This document shows positions 25,450 through 38,829 of a DNA stretch of 64,000 nt, in pieces. The notes under the pieces are model-generated. The model did no database searches and was not told where the DNA came from. It saw nothing but the letters and a program-made list of their open reading frames with translations. The stretch is from Atractiella rhizophila. Its lineage: Eukaryota. Numbering within the stretch: the stretch's first letter is position 1; every line of letters begins with the position of its first letter. The stretch spans positions 1 to 64,000 of the forward strand of contig MU271335.1 of assembly GCA_021432655.1 (NCBI GenBank), in the 5' to 3' direction. The position numbers and the translations under genes were made by a program.

Positions 25450-26561
25450 ATGTCGAAAACTATCATTCTCACTGGCGCATCTAGAGGAATTGGATTGACG
25501 ACCTTGAAGCTCCTTCTCGAGAAGAAATGCAAAATTGTTACCATCTCCCGGTTGGCTCCTCTGTTGCATCAGATGATATTCTTACCATATTGAGTAGGAG
25601 CAAGACGAATGAGCTTTCTGCAATTGAAGCTGGAAATCCCGAAAACGTCAAAGTAGTAACCGGAGATGTATCCAACGAAGGCGATGTAGAAAAAGCTGTT
25701 GACATTGCTGTCAAGGCATTTGGCAAAATTGATGGCCTCGTTCGTGCGTTGATTCTACCTATTCTTATGCATTTCTGATGCTGCTTATCAGTGAATGCTG
25801 GAATTTTGGGGCCACTGGCAAATATCGCCGATAAAGAAACAAATTCGTTGCAGGCGTGGAGAAAGGTCTTTGAGATCAACTTCTTCTCTCTCCTCCCTGT
25901 AAGTCCATTTTCATCGATGTTTCCGTACTTGATTCACATTTAGATCATTCAACTGTCCCTTCCTCAACTGCGATCCAACAAAGGAAAAATCAGCGCGTTC
26001 ACCCTTCTGTGATGCTTGACTTGCTAAGCCATGTGCAGTCTTCGTCTCTTCCGGGGCTGCGGTTGGGAACACACCTTCCTGGAGCTGCTACAACGCCAGC
26101 AAGGCGGCGCTCAACTCATTGTGCCGCACTTTGGCAGCAGAGGAACCCGATATCACTGCTGTTGCGCTACGACCGGGGGTGGTGAGAACCGAAATGCAGG
26201 CAGAAATCAGGCAAGTCGGTACGTTCTGTCCTTTCTGCCTCAGATGGTTTTCTGAACTCTAAGAAGGTAAGGGCAAAATGACCGAGGCAGACTACAACAA
26301 ATTCGTCGCGTATCACGAAGATGATGCGTGAGTTTGGCGTACCTGCTCTGTTTTTTGAGGCTAACTTCCCTTCTTGATGACATAAGGCTTCTTAAACCTG
26401 AAGTACCGTATGCTATCTCTGTGTTTCTGCAAGTATTTTCTGACTTTGTCGCCTCAAGTGCTGGCCTCCTCGCCGAACTAGTCACCACGGCAGATTCATC
26501 TTTGACTGGTCAATTCCTTAACTGGAATTCAGAGCAGCTGGCTCCGTACCTCAGAAAATAA
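25450..26561 (+). CDS. Short-chain dehydrogenase/reductase (Irc24/sepiapterin reductase-like)
   Basis: MSKTIILTGASRGIG, NAGILGP, FEINFFS, IIFVSSGAA, catalytic YNASK, LRPGVVRTEMQ. Confidence 0.92.
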
Positions 26562-27112
26562 GGGCCAGTTTGGTGGAAATGAAATCGGAAATAAGGGGAA
26601 ACAAGAAGGGCGGATGATTGCATACTGTAGTTACGACAAATATGCAATAATTAGATAGGCACAAGAAATGTTCTTCATATGACGCTTTGTGGATGCACTG
26701 AGACCATCTTAGCTACTTAGGACCCCCCAATTGGAATTGATGACGACAGCTCAGCTTTCGCAGATCACTACCGTAAGAATAATGGGTTTGAAGAACCGTG
26801 GGATTAAGCTAACTCAAGAAAATTGTACATATACCTTGCATACATAGTTCTAACGTTCTGACACTGATAATCATCAATTCATGACCAGGTTTGATAAAGT
26901 ATACTCGTAATCATTGGTATTTGCGCCTATATAATACACATCAAATGGGTGAAGGAAACATCACTTCATCGCTCATGGCATGTCGTCATAAAGGTAGGCA
27001 TCAGGACAATGATTCGTTCATAAGTACTGATGATATCATCACATAAAAAAACAACCAGAAATGAAGAAGAAGAAAGAAAATACGAAGAAACAGCGCACGC
27101 ATAGTCCAGGCT

Positions 27113-30100
27113 CTAGGCTCTACTCCTCAAAGTCCTCCGCGTAACAGGCTTCTCCATTTCGACCAACTCTGTTTTCTTCGCTCTAGTTGGCCCGCTCTTG
27201 CCTTTCGCCGTCGAAGAAGCGACAGGAGCTGGCAATGCTTCGAGGAGACCGGCCGATGCTGGACCTTCGTTTTCCTTGTCCTCAGTCTCCTTTGTTGTAC
27301 CTTTTGAAACGCTCTCCGATGTTTCAGCTCCGGCAGCCACAGCTTGTTCTTTCGCTATAGCAGCAGTGCCTTTGGCCGAAGACCCTTGAGCGCGTTTTGT
27401 AGGAGCAGAAGCCATCGCCTTCCTTACTCTGATCGACTTCGCTGGGATTATTTCTTCTGGGGCTGGTGCTGTTTCAACAGCAGGCTGAGTCGTTTTGCGT
27501 AGCCGTGTGCTGGTGCGCTTGGCAGGAACAACTGATGCTGAAACTTCTGGCTCAGTTGCGGAAGTTGCTCGTTCGTGCACTTGGGAAGTTAGTTTCGTGG
27601 AGCCTTCAGAGGGCGGCGACTGCGAACGAGGTTGAGCCGAACGGAGTTGTACATCCCCTTCGACCACAAAAGTAGCCACTTTCCTAGATTGGCGTCCCAT
27701 GTCCTTAGAGAGTGTCGTTACCTTTGCCAATCCCTGTAGAGGTGGAGATGATCGTTGGGAAGTTGACTGGACAGGTTCCACGTGTTCCGCTAGCTGACTC
27801 TGGTTGTCTTCCTCTGAGGCCTGACGGCGGGTGCTTCGACGGGTAGGAATGGCCCTAGACCCTGGTTTACTTCTGCCAGTTGGTGGCTTTGCCGCAGGCT
27901 GCTGTTCTGGAGCCACATTCTCCTCCGAACTTTTTCCGGAGAGGGGAACTATGTTCGAAGGAGGAGGAAATCCCTTAGGGCCAGGAGGGTCATCGTTACC
28001 AGATGCTGTGAACATGACAGCGCTGTCATTGGGCTCCAACGACTGCCGTCTGGAGGCAAGGATGCTCTCCCTGATCTGCTGAAACTTTGACTTCGGGGTT
28101 TCTGCCTTCGCAGCTTCACCAACTTGGTCGTCCTCTGCCAGGGTTGTGTCGCGCTGATGAAATGGTTGAGCAATAGAGACATGAGAAATTGGAGCTAAGA
28201 TCTTACAATGACAGCCTCGTTCGTTGGAACACCACCATGCGCACCACTAATCCTAGCCTTCGCAGCAAGCACTGATTTAGCCGGTGAGTCTGTAGGCACT
28301 CTTCTAGGTCCTCGTGCCACAGAGTTCTGTTTGGAAGGGGACAGTGTGAAATCGGGCAAATTTGCCTTTGGCTCCCTTGGGAAAGGGGACGAAGGTCTGC
28401 TCGGAATTGCAGGATAATTGGCTCGAGGCGTCATCGAAGGTCTCGAGAAGACAGCTCGTCGTTGTTGAGTAGGTGAAGTCTACGAACGAGTTAATCCTGC
28501 GGCCAAAGCTGAGCTGAATACGCACCGACTCAATTTCTGCATCTTCCTCCGCCTCTGCTGCCATTTTCTCCTGCTCCCTAGCCGCACTCCTAAGATCCGC
28601 ATAACTATCGCTTCTCCTCCCCACCTTCTTTTCAGTGCTATTTCTCCCTTTCTGTCTCTCCGTCTCCAACCTCTCCGCATCAATCGCTTTTGCACGTTGC
28701 TCCTGCTCCTCCCCGTTGCATACAGCCTCCCCGTCAGCCATTTCCACATCCGGAATCTCTGTTGCCATCTCGGTTGGACTGACACTCAGGCTCTCCTTCT
28801 CTCGTTCAATCGTAGCTGAAATGCCGTTCCGAATCAACACTTTCTCGCGTAGGGAGAGTCGTCGAGAGAAAGATTGAGAGTGGGGGATAGAAGCGACGGA
28901 GGTGATGACAGGCGTCTTCGGTGGTGTCACCCGTTCAACGCGCCGCTCCTCAACCGGCGTAGGAGGAGTCAATTGAGAAGGAGGAAGAAAAACGGGGGAT
29001 TCATGCTCTTCAGGCATTCCTGGTGGTGTCGTCGATCGTGGAGGTGTGGCGTAATCTCCTTGGTCAGAGCTGTCGTCGTTGAGAGACACCTCCATGTCCT
29101 CATGCTTCTCCTCGAATTCCTCTTCACTCCCAACGTCCTGGTCGACCTGTGACCTCGGTCCCATCCTTTGTCCAACAGAAGAAGACTCGCTTCCGCTGTC
29201 GCTGCTACTGGTGTCATCTTCCTCCTCCCCAGCGCTTTGGCCTCCTGTCAGCATATCACTGATTCTCCGACTATTTCTACTCCCCTCCTTGGCAACTTTT
29301 ACCCCTTCCATATCCTTGAGGTCTTCAATGCTAAGTGTCCTCCTGACTACCTCCTTTCCTTTGACCTCCTCCTTCGTCAGAGATCCAGTCGTCATGCTCT
29401 TCTTCATGCCCTCCAACCATTCTTCCTTACTCTTGGAATCTACGAAAGTTAAGCTTCGCTTCATCCCCCCAGATGCGAGACCATCTCCAACTGAAGCCCT
29501 CCTCCTCTCCCTGCGAGCACGCAACATCTCCTTCTCTTTCTCAAATTGTGCCTGAGAAACAGCTTCCACGGGCTCATATGGATCTATGGGGCGAGAGGCC
29601 GTGAGGGGAGGATACAATGAGCGAGGTCGCTTCTCCAATGTTGGAGTCGAAGGTACTTCGAGTTTATCTCGAGGTGATTTAACGATAGATTCTGTCTCTT
29701 TCGGAGACAGAATAGGTGACACTTCGTCTAAGCAAATGAGGTCCTCTTCTGGTGCACCTTCGTCGATCGTACTCGTAACCGACACATCCCCTTGTTCTTC
29801 CTCCTCACGTATCTCAGCAGAAGGAAAAGACTGGGCCCTCTTGACACTTTCCAGACGATACCCCAGAGGCTTCTTGTGCTGCGGCGTGGGAGGGATTGGG
29901 GCCGCGTTCCTTCGTGGCTCTTTGACATGTTGTGCTTTCGGTGGAGCGTCGTCATCGAAGACTCCGGGCGGAGGAGGAGATGCGAAAGCCACGTATACAA
30001 AGCGTCGGTTGTAGATGTTGATGATAGTCCCGTTCTTGATCTCCACTGGCTCGTTCCTCGTGATCGGTGCATGAGGAGAAAGAAACGGAGGATTGGTAGA

Positions 30101-30648
30101 GTGTGAAATCAGCCTAGTCGGCAGATGCGAGCAGTCTAGCGTAACGTGCAGGCGGGAGACACCAGGAATCTTGAGGCGGATATCGCATGAGTCCATCCTT
30201 GGAGCAGGGAGGAAACATGAACCACTTTTTGAAAGAAGCAAGGGGTAACTCACAGTCCTATCTTTATGTGATCTTTCCGGATTAAGCACTTCGCCCTAAC
30301 ATCCTTCTCATCCACGAGAACGTCCCTTTCGCCGCTCCAACTCGTCCCCTTAACAACTTGAAGACCTGTCCCCTTCCCTTCCTTCTCCAGCCTCTCCAAC
30401 TCACTATAAATAAATTCAGAATCCTTCAGATACTCCTCGCTCCACTGAGTCCCATCCTCCCCCATTCCTACAAATCCGCCTTTGGAATTCCTCTGAAAGC
30501 CCTTGGCAAGCTCACGACGACCGCGCATGAGTTCACGCTCGCGTTGAAGGAGGTCAGCTGAGTTCGCGTCGAGAGGCCGTCTTTTGAGAGCGATTAGATA
30601 GCCCACTGCTGGGGCATGAGAGGAACCGAGAGTGACTAGTTGAGACAT
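27113..30648 (-). CDS. N-terminal FHA-domain protein with long disordered K/R/S-rich tail
   Basis: IKIGL|MDSCDIRLKIPGVSRLHVTLD...STNP...IKNGTIINIYNRRFVY; low-complexity exons down to RRTLRSRA*. Confidence 0.75.
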
Positions 30649-30719
30649 CGTGTGGTCGTTACTGAAATTTACTGATTCCGAAGAAGGCGTTCAAGTTGGT
30701 CGACCCTGGAAAACATTGC

Positions 30720-30767
30720 ACGCGTTTTTTGCACGTGATCCGAAAGTGCCAAAGTTTCTCTGACTCA
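30720..30767. promoter_or_regulatory. Motif cluster in divergent promoter: ACGCGT, CACGTG, TGACTCA
   Basis: Exact matches at 30720-30725, 30732-30737 and 30761-30767 between the FHA and PQ-loop start codons. Confidence 0.35.
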
Positions 30768-30901
30768 CGTTCCCCAACTTTTTCCAAGTGGCAACTTCTT
30801 TAAGTTGACCAACTGACCAACTTAGACCCTTCGCTATTGGCAATTTTCTGCCTTTACACTACCATAGAGAATATATAACTCTCTAGAGAGGGAAAACGAA
30901 A

Positions 30902-32141
30902 ATGATGGGGCACCATGAAGGTAATTTCTGCTGTCCCGAATGTCGAAAACGCATAGAGCTGAATGTGCTGAACATCAGCTGCTACTCTCGTAGGATGGAT
31001 CAGCATAGCCTGTTGGATTGTGGTGTGAGCTAATTCCATCATTCTCCCCGAAGGTCTTCCTAATATCCCAGGCAGGTACTCTCCCCAGGTTCATTTTTCC
31101 AAATCTCTCGGTTTCTGACTGAAACGAAAGCTCCTACGATCAGATTTGGACTTGCTATTCCTTAAAATCAGGCGAAGGACTAAGTGTCATGTTTATAGCC
31201 ATCGTACGTTTCCTCCTAGTCGTTGTTGCAAACTGTTGAAGTTCTTTTAGTGGCTAGCAGGAGACTTGGCGAATACGTGAGTGCAGCCCTCCTCTGTCGG
31301 TCGAGTTGCTGAGCTGTTGCAGAATTGGAGCGATATGGCAAGGATTACTGCCAACAATGATTCTGCTCGCAGTATACTACTCGACATGTGACATCATCCT
31401 CCTGTACCAAGTACCTTCTCTCTTCAACCCGCCTTTTGGCGCTGAACACCAAAACAGGTTTATTACTACCGTTGGCTCCGTCGAACGTACCCAGAACGTT
31501 TCAGTAAAATCTCACCGCTGTCGGAGACCTCTCTTCTCCTTCCTCCATCGTCAGCAACAACAAAACCGGGAGGCCCCCACCTCCTAACCCCACTTATGCG
31601 ACAGATTCTCGAGTTCGCCGCGGCAACCGCTTTCGTTCTCGTCGTCGGAGTTCTAGCATGGTGGTTTAGTGGTTCAGCCACTGATGAGCTAGCGGAGGAA
31701 GTCTGGGATTTGAAGGCTCAAATCTTCGGGTGGCTCTCTGCTTTTCTGTATCTCGGAAGCAGGATCCCCCAAATCGCCAAGAATAAGGAAACAAAATGCG
31801 AAGGCCTTAGTTTGACGATGTTTTGCTTCTCCGTAGCAGGGAATGTGACTTACGTATTGTCAGCTTTCTCATCCTTCCACCGTGATGTTAAACTAATTCT
31901 TTTTGGTTTCCCCCGCGATAGATCCATTTTGCTCCAAGGAGTCGGATTCAAACATCTTTGGATCAACGCATCTTGGTTGCTTGGAAGTGGAGGAACGGTA
32001 CGTTTTCTTCGTCGTATCCTAATAGATTCACCAACGTCACGGTAGATTTTCCTTGACGCTATTGTACTTCTCCAATTCTTCTGGTACCGCGAAGAGAGGG
32101 GACGGATACGGTTATCCGATGACGACGAAGATGATGTCTGA
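30902..32141 (+). CDS. PQ-loop vacuolar cationic amino-acid transporter (Ypq/PQLC2 family)
   Basis: GWISIACWIVV|YSPQ|IW...KSGEGLSVMFIAI|WLAGDLAN...; second loop GWLSAFLYLGSRIPQIAKN...CEGLS...NASWLLGSGGT|IFLD. Confidence 0.92.
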
Positions 32142-32318
32142 AATGCATTGCTGTAACTGCCCTATGGCGAATGGTCTCCCAAACCCGGAATTGTTGAGTA
32201 AGAGTGTCCCTATAAGTGAGATATCTTGAACAATCCTTACAGAAACAATTTCTTGATACATAATAATTGAAATACAGGCATAAACAAATCCAACATGGTA
32301 AGTATCGGCTAGCGGGTC

Positions 32319-35300
32319 TTAAATACCGCTGAAGTCCGGAATTCTGTTGGGACTGGAATCGTAGATCGAGTCGCGAGCTAGCAAAAGGAACATTAATTAG
32401 TTATCACGAATGGCCCATGACATACCAGGAATAGACGTCCTGCTACTAATGCGCGAATGTTGTCGATTCAGAGCCTTGATGCACTCTGTTCTTGCAGAAT
32501 CCAGATCTCTCATCAACTGCATCCTTGAGCGACTATTAAGTGTTTTAAGACGGAAGTTGTCGCCCCTATGTTGAAGTTCGATCGACAGATTGTCCCTTGC
32601 CATTTCCCGAAAGCTATTTACCCTTTCAGTTCAAGCATCATCGTAAAACTGAACCGCACCTGATCTCTTCTAACGGTAACGGCCCAAGCCAGACAAGCTC
32701 GATCCGTTCTTTTGCTTCCGAGATGAGTAAGAGATCATTGAACAGGTAGCCTTTCAGCTTTTTCTTTCCCTTGGTCAAAGGAACTTCCCGCAACAACCGA
32801 CGGCGACCTTGCGTCTTGGTCGGAAGAGTAAGATCCAGCCTTTCATCAGGGCCGATGCCAAAATCTAGGACGCTACTGATGGCCAAGAGCTTTTCCAAAT
32901 CTTCTTGATCCCGAACCGACTCATTGATCATCGTTAACACGGACTCTACTTGCTTTAAAGCTGACGACAAAAGGGGGTAATCGAAACTTTCTTCGTCTGT
33001 AAATCGAATGATAGCTGAGATGAGGAGAGGCAATTTGGTTAGGCGTTGAAATGGGTTGAGCTAATGACAACTGAATAAACTAACGTCGACAGACGATGCT
33101 ACTTACGAGGTAGTGCTCAAGCTGTAGGCCGTTCACGGACAAGGACTTAAAAGAAGTTCAGTAAATAAGTGTATACTCGTTATAAAAACCTACGTCAACA
33201 CGATCCTTAATGGAAGGGTTTGTAGCTTTCATACTGGACAACACCCTAGCAGCATTACCCTGACGAAGCGCGTGAGTCGTAAGAATGCTCAGGAGGAGAT
33301 TTTGCGTACCTGATTGACACAATAGTTCCGATAAACGGCAATGCCGGAGATGTGCTCTTCAATCACATCTCCAATACCGTCGATATACATTCGATGCTCT
33401 CGCTGTCGATCTTCTAAAGAGCTTAGGAAGGCAGTGTCAAACATGAGGATTTCGTCAATCCCGCCAAATATGACCTCAGTTGCTTTCGCTGGGAGCAGAC
33501 CGTGGAGGCCGGTGAAGAAGACCTGATCGAAGATGAGGCAAATTAATCGTCTGGGTTGATCGGAAACCTACCTCCATGAGCAACTGTAAGCTCTTAAGAT
33601 ACGATTGCTCTGTGGCAATGAATTCGAATATGGCTAGACAAATGTCATTGTTGACAAGTATGCCAGAATTGGTTCGCACCTTCTTGTCGACGCCTCTCTT
33701 TATCGGGAATTGACTCTAGAGCGCTTTGATCAATGACGCTGGACCAAGTCTATCTATGAAAGTCAGCGAGCTCTCCTGAAAATCGGCGGCGCACCATCGT
33801 GAGCGTAGATCCTGCCGAAGAAGATGGTCTCGCATTTTGGACAGTGATCGATGGGCGAGCGAGTGTTGACGATCCAACAGAAGGCGGACGTCCTAAACCG
33901 AGCCATCCTTTAAGCTTATCCCCAGCTTTCGCAGAATCGGGACTGGTTGGTCTCTGGAGTGGCACAGCAGTGTCCTGAGCAGGAGGAGTGACATCGGGCT
34001 CCGTTTGTGAAGGGGGAGGAGGCAAATCTTTCGATAGGAGTTCTTGATATCTGGTGTAAGCATCTTCCAGATCATCGTTCTCTCGTAAAGAGATAACGCT
34101 TCGTCTCCTGTTTCCACCGTCAACCTCCACATCAAGAGTTTCTTGTCTGGTGCGGATTGGTGGCGCTGGGCGTCGTGGTGGTCTGCGTTTTTCTCCATCG
34201 TTCTTCTGCAAGATACCTACAAGTCAGGTGAGACATAGAACAGGCCTTTCCGTCATTAACTTACCAGCTGCCCTCAATACCTGCAACCGTTCTTCAGCTC
34301 GGCGATTTGACTCTGCTTCGTCCTCTTCCTCCTCGTCACTGGAACTGTCAAGCGAGCTCTGGTGAGGGGAGGTAGGAGAATCGGCTGTTCGTTCTCTAGA
34401 ATCAACAACTTCTCTATGATTGGTGATCGAGTCGGCTGGAATCGAAGTCGAACCGGCGCTTTCAGGCTTTCCATGTCGCATTACATTATTCCCATCTGAT
34501 ATTGAACAATAGAAATTGCAAGTGTAATGATATCGAGGGAATGACAATAGATCCAAAGAAAACATGACGTTTACTCAGCAACTTTCTTGGGATATTAGAA
34601 TTGAGAAGGGACGCAGCGTAAAAGGTGACTAACTTCCAAGTTCCAAGTATGTCGCAGGGACAAGGCCAGTGATTCCGTCTTTTTCTACTCTCCACCAGTC
34701 CGCGTCGTTGTTGTCGAGAACTAGCACAACCTCGTTTTCTTCCAAGGTAACTTCATCTTCCGAGTTTGCGGGGTAGGCGTAAAGAGCTGTTGCTTTTCCA
34801 ACTACAATAACTGTCAGTGGCAGTTTGGATATAGTAATCAACCACGACTCACTGGATTCCGCGCGTTCGACATATGTTTTTGGGAATTGGCCAGATTTAG
34901 ACTTGTCAAATGTACTTCCATACCACCAATCGCTGTCTGGATCTTTAGCTGGATGCGCAAAAATGATGACGTTCGCTGCGAATGTGAGTTCCTCCTCTCG
35001 TTGTCCATCAAACGCATAAAGAGCCCTCGACTTGATTACTGTAGGCAATTATTAGCATCACTCTGTCTCTGGATAGAGTTAAGCTTACCAGTCGTCATAT
35101 CAAATTCGTCAGTGTCAACAGCGGTAGAATCCACCTGAATCGATGGGAGCCCAACCTGCTCCTCTGGTTCTTCTACAGTAGTTTCAAGGCGAGGCGGCTG
35201 AGTGATAGGTGAGAGACCACTTGATGCCAATGAGTTGTACCAATCTACCGATTGCCTTTTGTGCGCATCAGCTGGAGAATCCTCAGAATGGAGGGGTGGT

Positions 35301-38300
35301 TCAACTGCGTCTAGGGGCGGGGTTGGCGGACTAGGAGGAGGAACATATTTCTGAACGGGTGGCGAAGGGTCTCCAATAACTTTCCCCGAAACGCCAGCAG
35401 CGCTCCGGTCGTTAGTAACAGCCTTTTTCAATCTCAATCCTCCTTGGATCTGCGAAAGCAGAGCCCCTCTTCCATCACCTCCTCCTCCTCCACCATTGAC
35501 TGTGGGTGGTGGAGGAGGAGCTGGCGCTGCTGGAGCAGCTGGAGCAGGAGGAACCCCAGATGTCATAGGGGGTGGTGGAGGCGGAGCAGCAGGTATGGAA
35601 GAAGCCGGGGCCTCAGGAATAGGCGTAGACGAGTTCCTTGTTGGTGTTGAAACATTAGGGCTCTCAGGAACAGGAGACCCAGATCCTCCACCGAAAATCT
35701 TGTTCGCCAGGTTTGCCCGGAAATTTCGCTTCTTAATAGCTCCTTCATCGTCACTACTTTCATTGCTGCCGGTCTCATCAGCATCCCAATCATCGTCTGC
35801 TGCCGAAGATACCGTCACTTTCCTCGCAGGGACAGGTGAAACAGCAGGTGGTGCAGGAGGTGGCGCAATAGCTGTAGGTGCTGGGAATGGCGAAGTAGCG
35901 GCTGGAACCGGAGACGGAGCAGACGGAGCAGACGGGGCAGATGAACGAAAGAATGGATTGTTTGGACCCATTGCTGGGGCAGGGCTGGTGGATTCTCCTG
36001 CGGCGATCTTGTGAAAAGGATTGTTGCTGGTAGCAACAGGCGGAGAGGGGGTGGCAACAGGAGGGGAGAATGCCTGACTAGGCGGGGAGATCGCTGGAAC
36101 CGGCGGCGGAGCTGGAGGCGTCGGTATGGACACTGGCGGAGAGGCAATTGGTTGAACAGCGGGAACGGAAGGCGTCCTCGACATCGGAGCGGGTGGTGCA
36201 GCCTTGTTTCTTGAGGTAGGAGGAGGCGGAGCAACTTTGCTCCTTGGTGCAGGAGGAGCTGGCGCTTTCGCAGCTTTCGCTTTCTCAGCAAACATTTGAC
36301 GATTCTTGCGCATCTGTTCCGCTGCTTCCTCCTTTTGACGCTCTTCTTCCTCCTCTTCCTGCAACCTCTTCATCCTCGCTTCCCGCTCCGCTTTCCTTCT
36401 CTTCAACGCTTCCTCTTGCTCCCGTAAAGCTTTGTCCTCTTCATCTTCTACTGGCTGAGGTGCTGGAGTTCGGACAGCAGCCTTTGGTGGTGGCGGTTTG
36501 GGTTTGGGAGAGGCTTTCACGGGTGCAGGAGGCGGGGTCGGCTTCGCCGCTGGGTTCTCCTCTTCAGGTTGACTCTTCTGCTTCTCCTTTGCCAACTTCT
36601 CTTGCCGTTGCTTCTCCCTCTCGGCGAGTTCCCTATCCGCCTGTGCAGCTTTAGCCGCAGCCTCCTGAGCCTCCTTCTCCAATCTCTGAGTGACAGAGCT
36701 ATCCATGCTGTCTTGCTTGCGCTCACTTCCACCGACCCCCAGGGCCTTCAGTCGTTCCTGCACTCGCTTCTGTGCTTCAGATCGGATATAAGCCTGCCTC
36801 TCTTCAGCACTCATAGGTTTGGAAGAGGCAGCAGGGGTGGTCGGGCGGGGAGCAGGTGATGGGGCCGCCGGCTTCGCAGCAACTGGAGGAGGAGTGCGCG
36901 TAGAACCATAGCGATCATCGTTTCGGCTGCTCGAAGGCTCATAGCTTCTTTCCGTGTCCGGAGAACGATAGGACCCTCTCTCCCTGTCCTCATACTTAGT
37001 GTCATAGCTGCCTCGGGAACCGTAATCGTCATAGCTCGATCTGCTTCCAGATCTATCCTGTTCGGCGAATCGATTCTGTTCCCTTCTATTCCTCTCGTCC
37101 CTCTCCATGCCATATTTCATCCTATCCCTCTTCTCTTCCTTCTCCCTGGCTTCCATTCTCCGCTCCAGATCAGGTAGCTGCTCGTATTTCAGCCTCGTCA
37201 ACTCTCTCTCCAACTTTCTTCTCTCTGTCTCATTCGCCTCCGTCCGCCTGCCTGACCGCGTGATGTACTCAATGTCTTCTTGAACTCGCTTGATTCTGTA
37301 CTTTAAATCGCTGATCTCTTGCTTCAACTCATCGTCCTGTTCACTCCTCGACTTGGAAGAATCGAGCAAGTCTTGTGCACTGTCCAAGCCTCGCCTGAGT
37401 TCCGCTAGATCTCCGTCTGCCGAATCATCACCACGGGTTCGAACAGCACGCCTATCAATATGCCTATCACGCGACTTGTACGTTGTCGCTTCACTGTCGT
37501 TGTGACGATAGATAGAACCATCTTGAGGCTGTGGAGATGAGCTGTAAAAGGAACGAGACTTTCCAGCGTCACCCTCTCGATATCCCGTTGCTGACGTGGC
37601 CCGAACGTTAGTATCTTTAGATAGGAGACCTTTCAGAAAGTCAACAGATCCTTCGATATCACGTGAAGACGGAGGAATCAATTCTGCAGGCAGTTGTTGA
37701 GGTATAGGATTGCCATTTAGGCCTGCATATTGCCCTTCAGCTATCGCTTTTCACGGCGGGGAACCATCCTTACGTCGATAAATCAGTCCCATGGCAACGT
37801 GAAACTCAGCTTGATTCAGCTTGCCACGATTGTCCACATCCGACAAAGTCCTCGAGAAACTATCAGTGTCTGCTTGGAGGCGAGCAAATTGAGCATACCA
37901 GATGGCCATCAAATCGTCTCGTGGAAGACCACTTTGCCCGAAGACCTCTTTGGCCGTCTCTCCAGATATAAACCCACTGCCAGGCTGATCCCAAGCCCTG
38001 AAAATCTGATCGTAATTTTTCTTTTCTTCCTTCGTCAGAGCCCAAGGGACGGGCACCTGCGCAGTTCCTGATTGCTGCTGATTGAATTGCTGGAACGATT
38101 GCTGAAGGGAGGGAGCATTGGGTGCTTGGACCTGATGTGCAAACTGCATCTGATTTGCTGGCATACTAGCCTGTTGAGGGTTCGCGGGCAGGAAGGTGTT
38201 CATGAAGGTGGGGGCGAGAGCACGGAAGCCCGAACCCGACGCCATCGCACCTCCCCCAAATCCTCCCGCAAACCCGGTGGGTTGAGCCATCATTGAGGGA

Positions 38301-38694
38301 GCCTGAGGAGCAAGACCGCCACCACCGAATCGAGGAGGAAAACTGGGAACGGGGGGAGCTGCAGACACTTGAAATTGGGACGGCATCGGAGGCACTGGTG
38401 GAGCGAAAGAAGGTCTAAGCCCGCCAGGTTGGCTGTGGAATTGTCAAACAAATTCGTACTCTGACAGGAGGCTTACAATCCGGTAGGCTGAGCCTGCATG
38501 GGGTACATTCCCGTTGGCTGAGGCTTTACAGATGATTCCTCAGGGCCTATACAAATTCAGATCACGGAACACACCTGAAGACCGCCGGGGGCGAATCCCG
38601 TCATCTGTGGCTGCAGGCCTTGAGGCACTCCAAGGCCTGGTTGTCCATAGCGCTGTTGCTGAGGCTGGCCATAGCCCCACTGCTGAGGGTTCAT
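32319..38694 (-). CDS. Intersectin/Pan1-like endocytic adaptor (EH, coiled coil, WH2, 2x SH3, RhoGEF DH-PH), Cin1 type
   Basis: QPTG/QMTG repeats; EH domain [19 protein letters not shown]...[22 protein letters not shown]2 [19 protein letters not shown]3s ALYAF...WWYG...FPKTYVE and ALYAY...WWRVE...[28 protein letters not shown]...[11 protein letters not shown]...[10 protein letters not shown]. Confidence 0.92.
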
Positions 38695-38829
38695 TATTGC
38701 TTGAGAATCGTGTCGTCGTCGTTTGAAAGCGATGCGCAAGCAGGGTTAGGGCTTGCTTCTGGTGTGCAGTAGTCAGAGACCCCTCTGAGGCATCCAAAGC
38801 ACAAGATCGATCTCTAAAGGGCAGCTGAG

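Noticed and set aside
26600..27100. Possible C/D snoRNA in the AT-rich spacer (TGATGA/CTGA words)
   Set aside because: No convincing box pairing, terminal stem or recognisable guide; the region is explained by convergent 3' UTRs.
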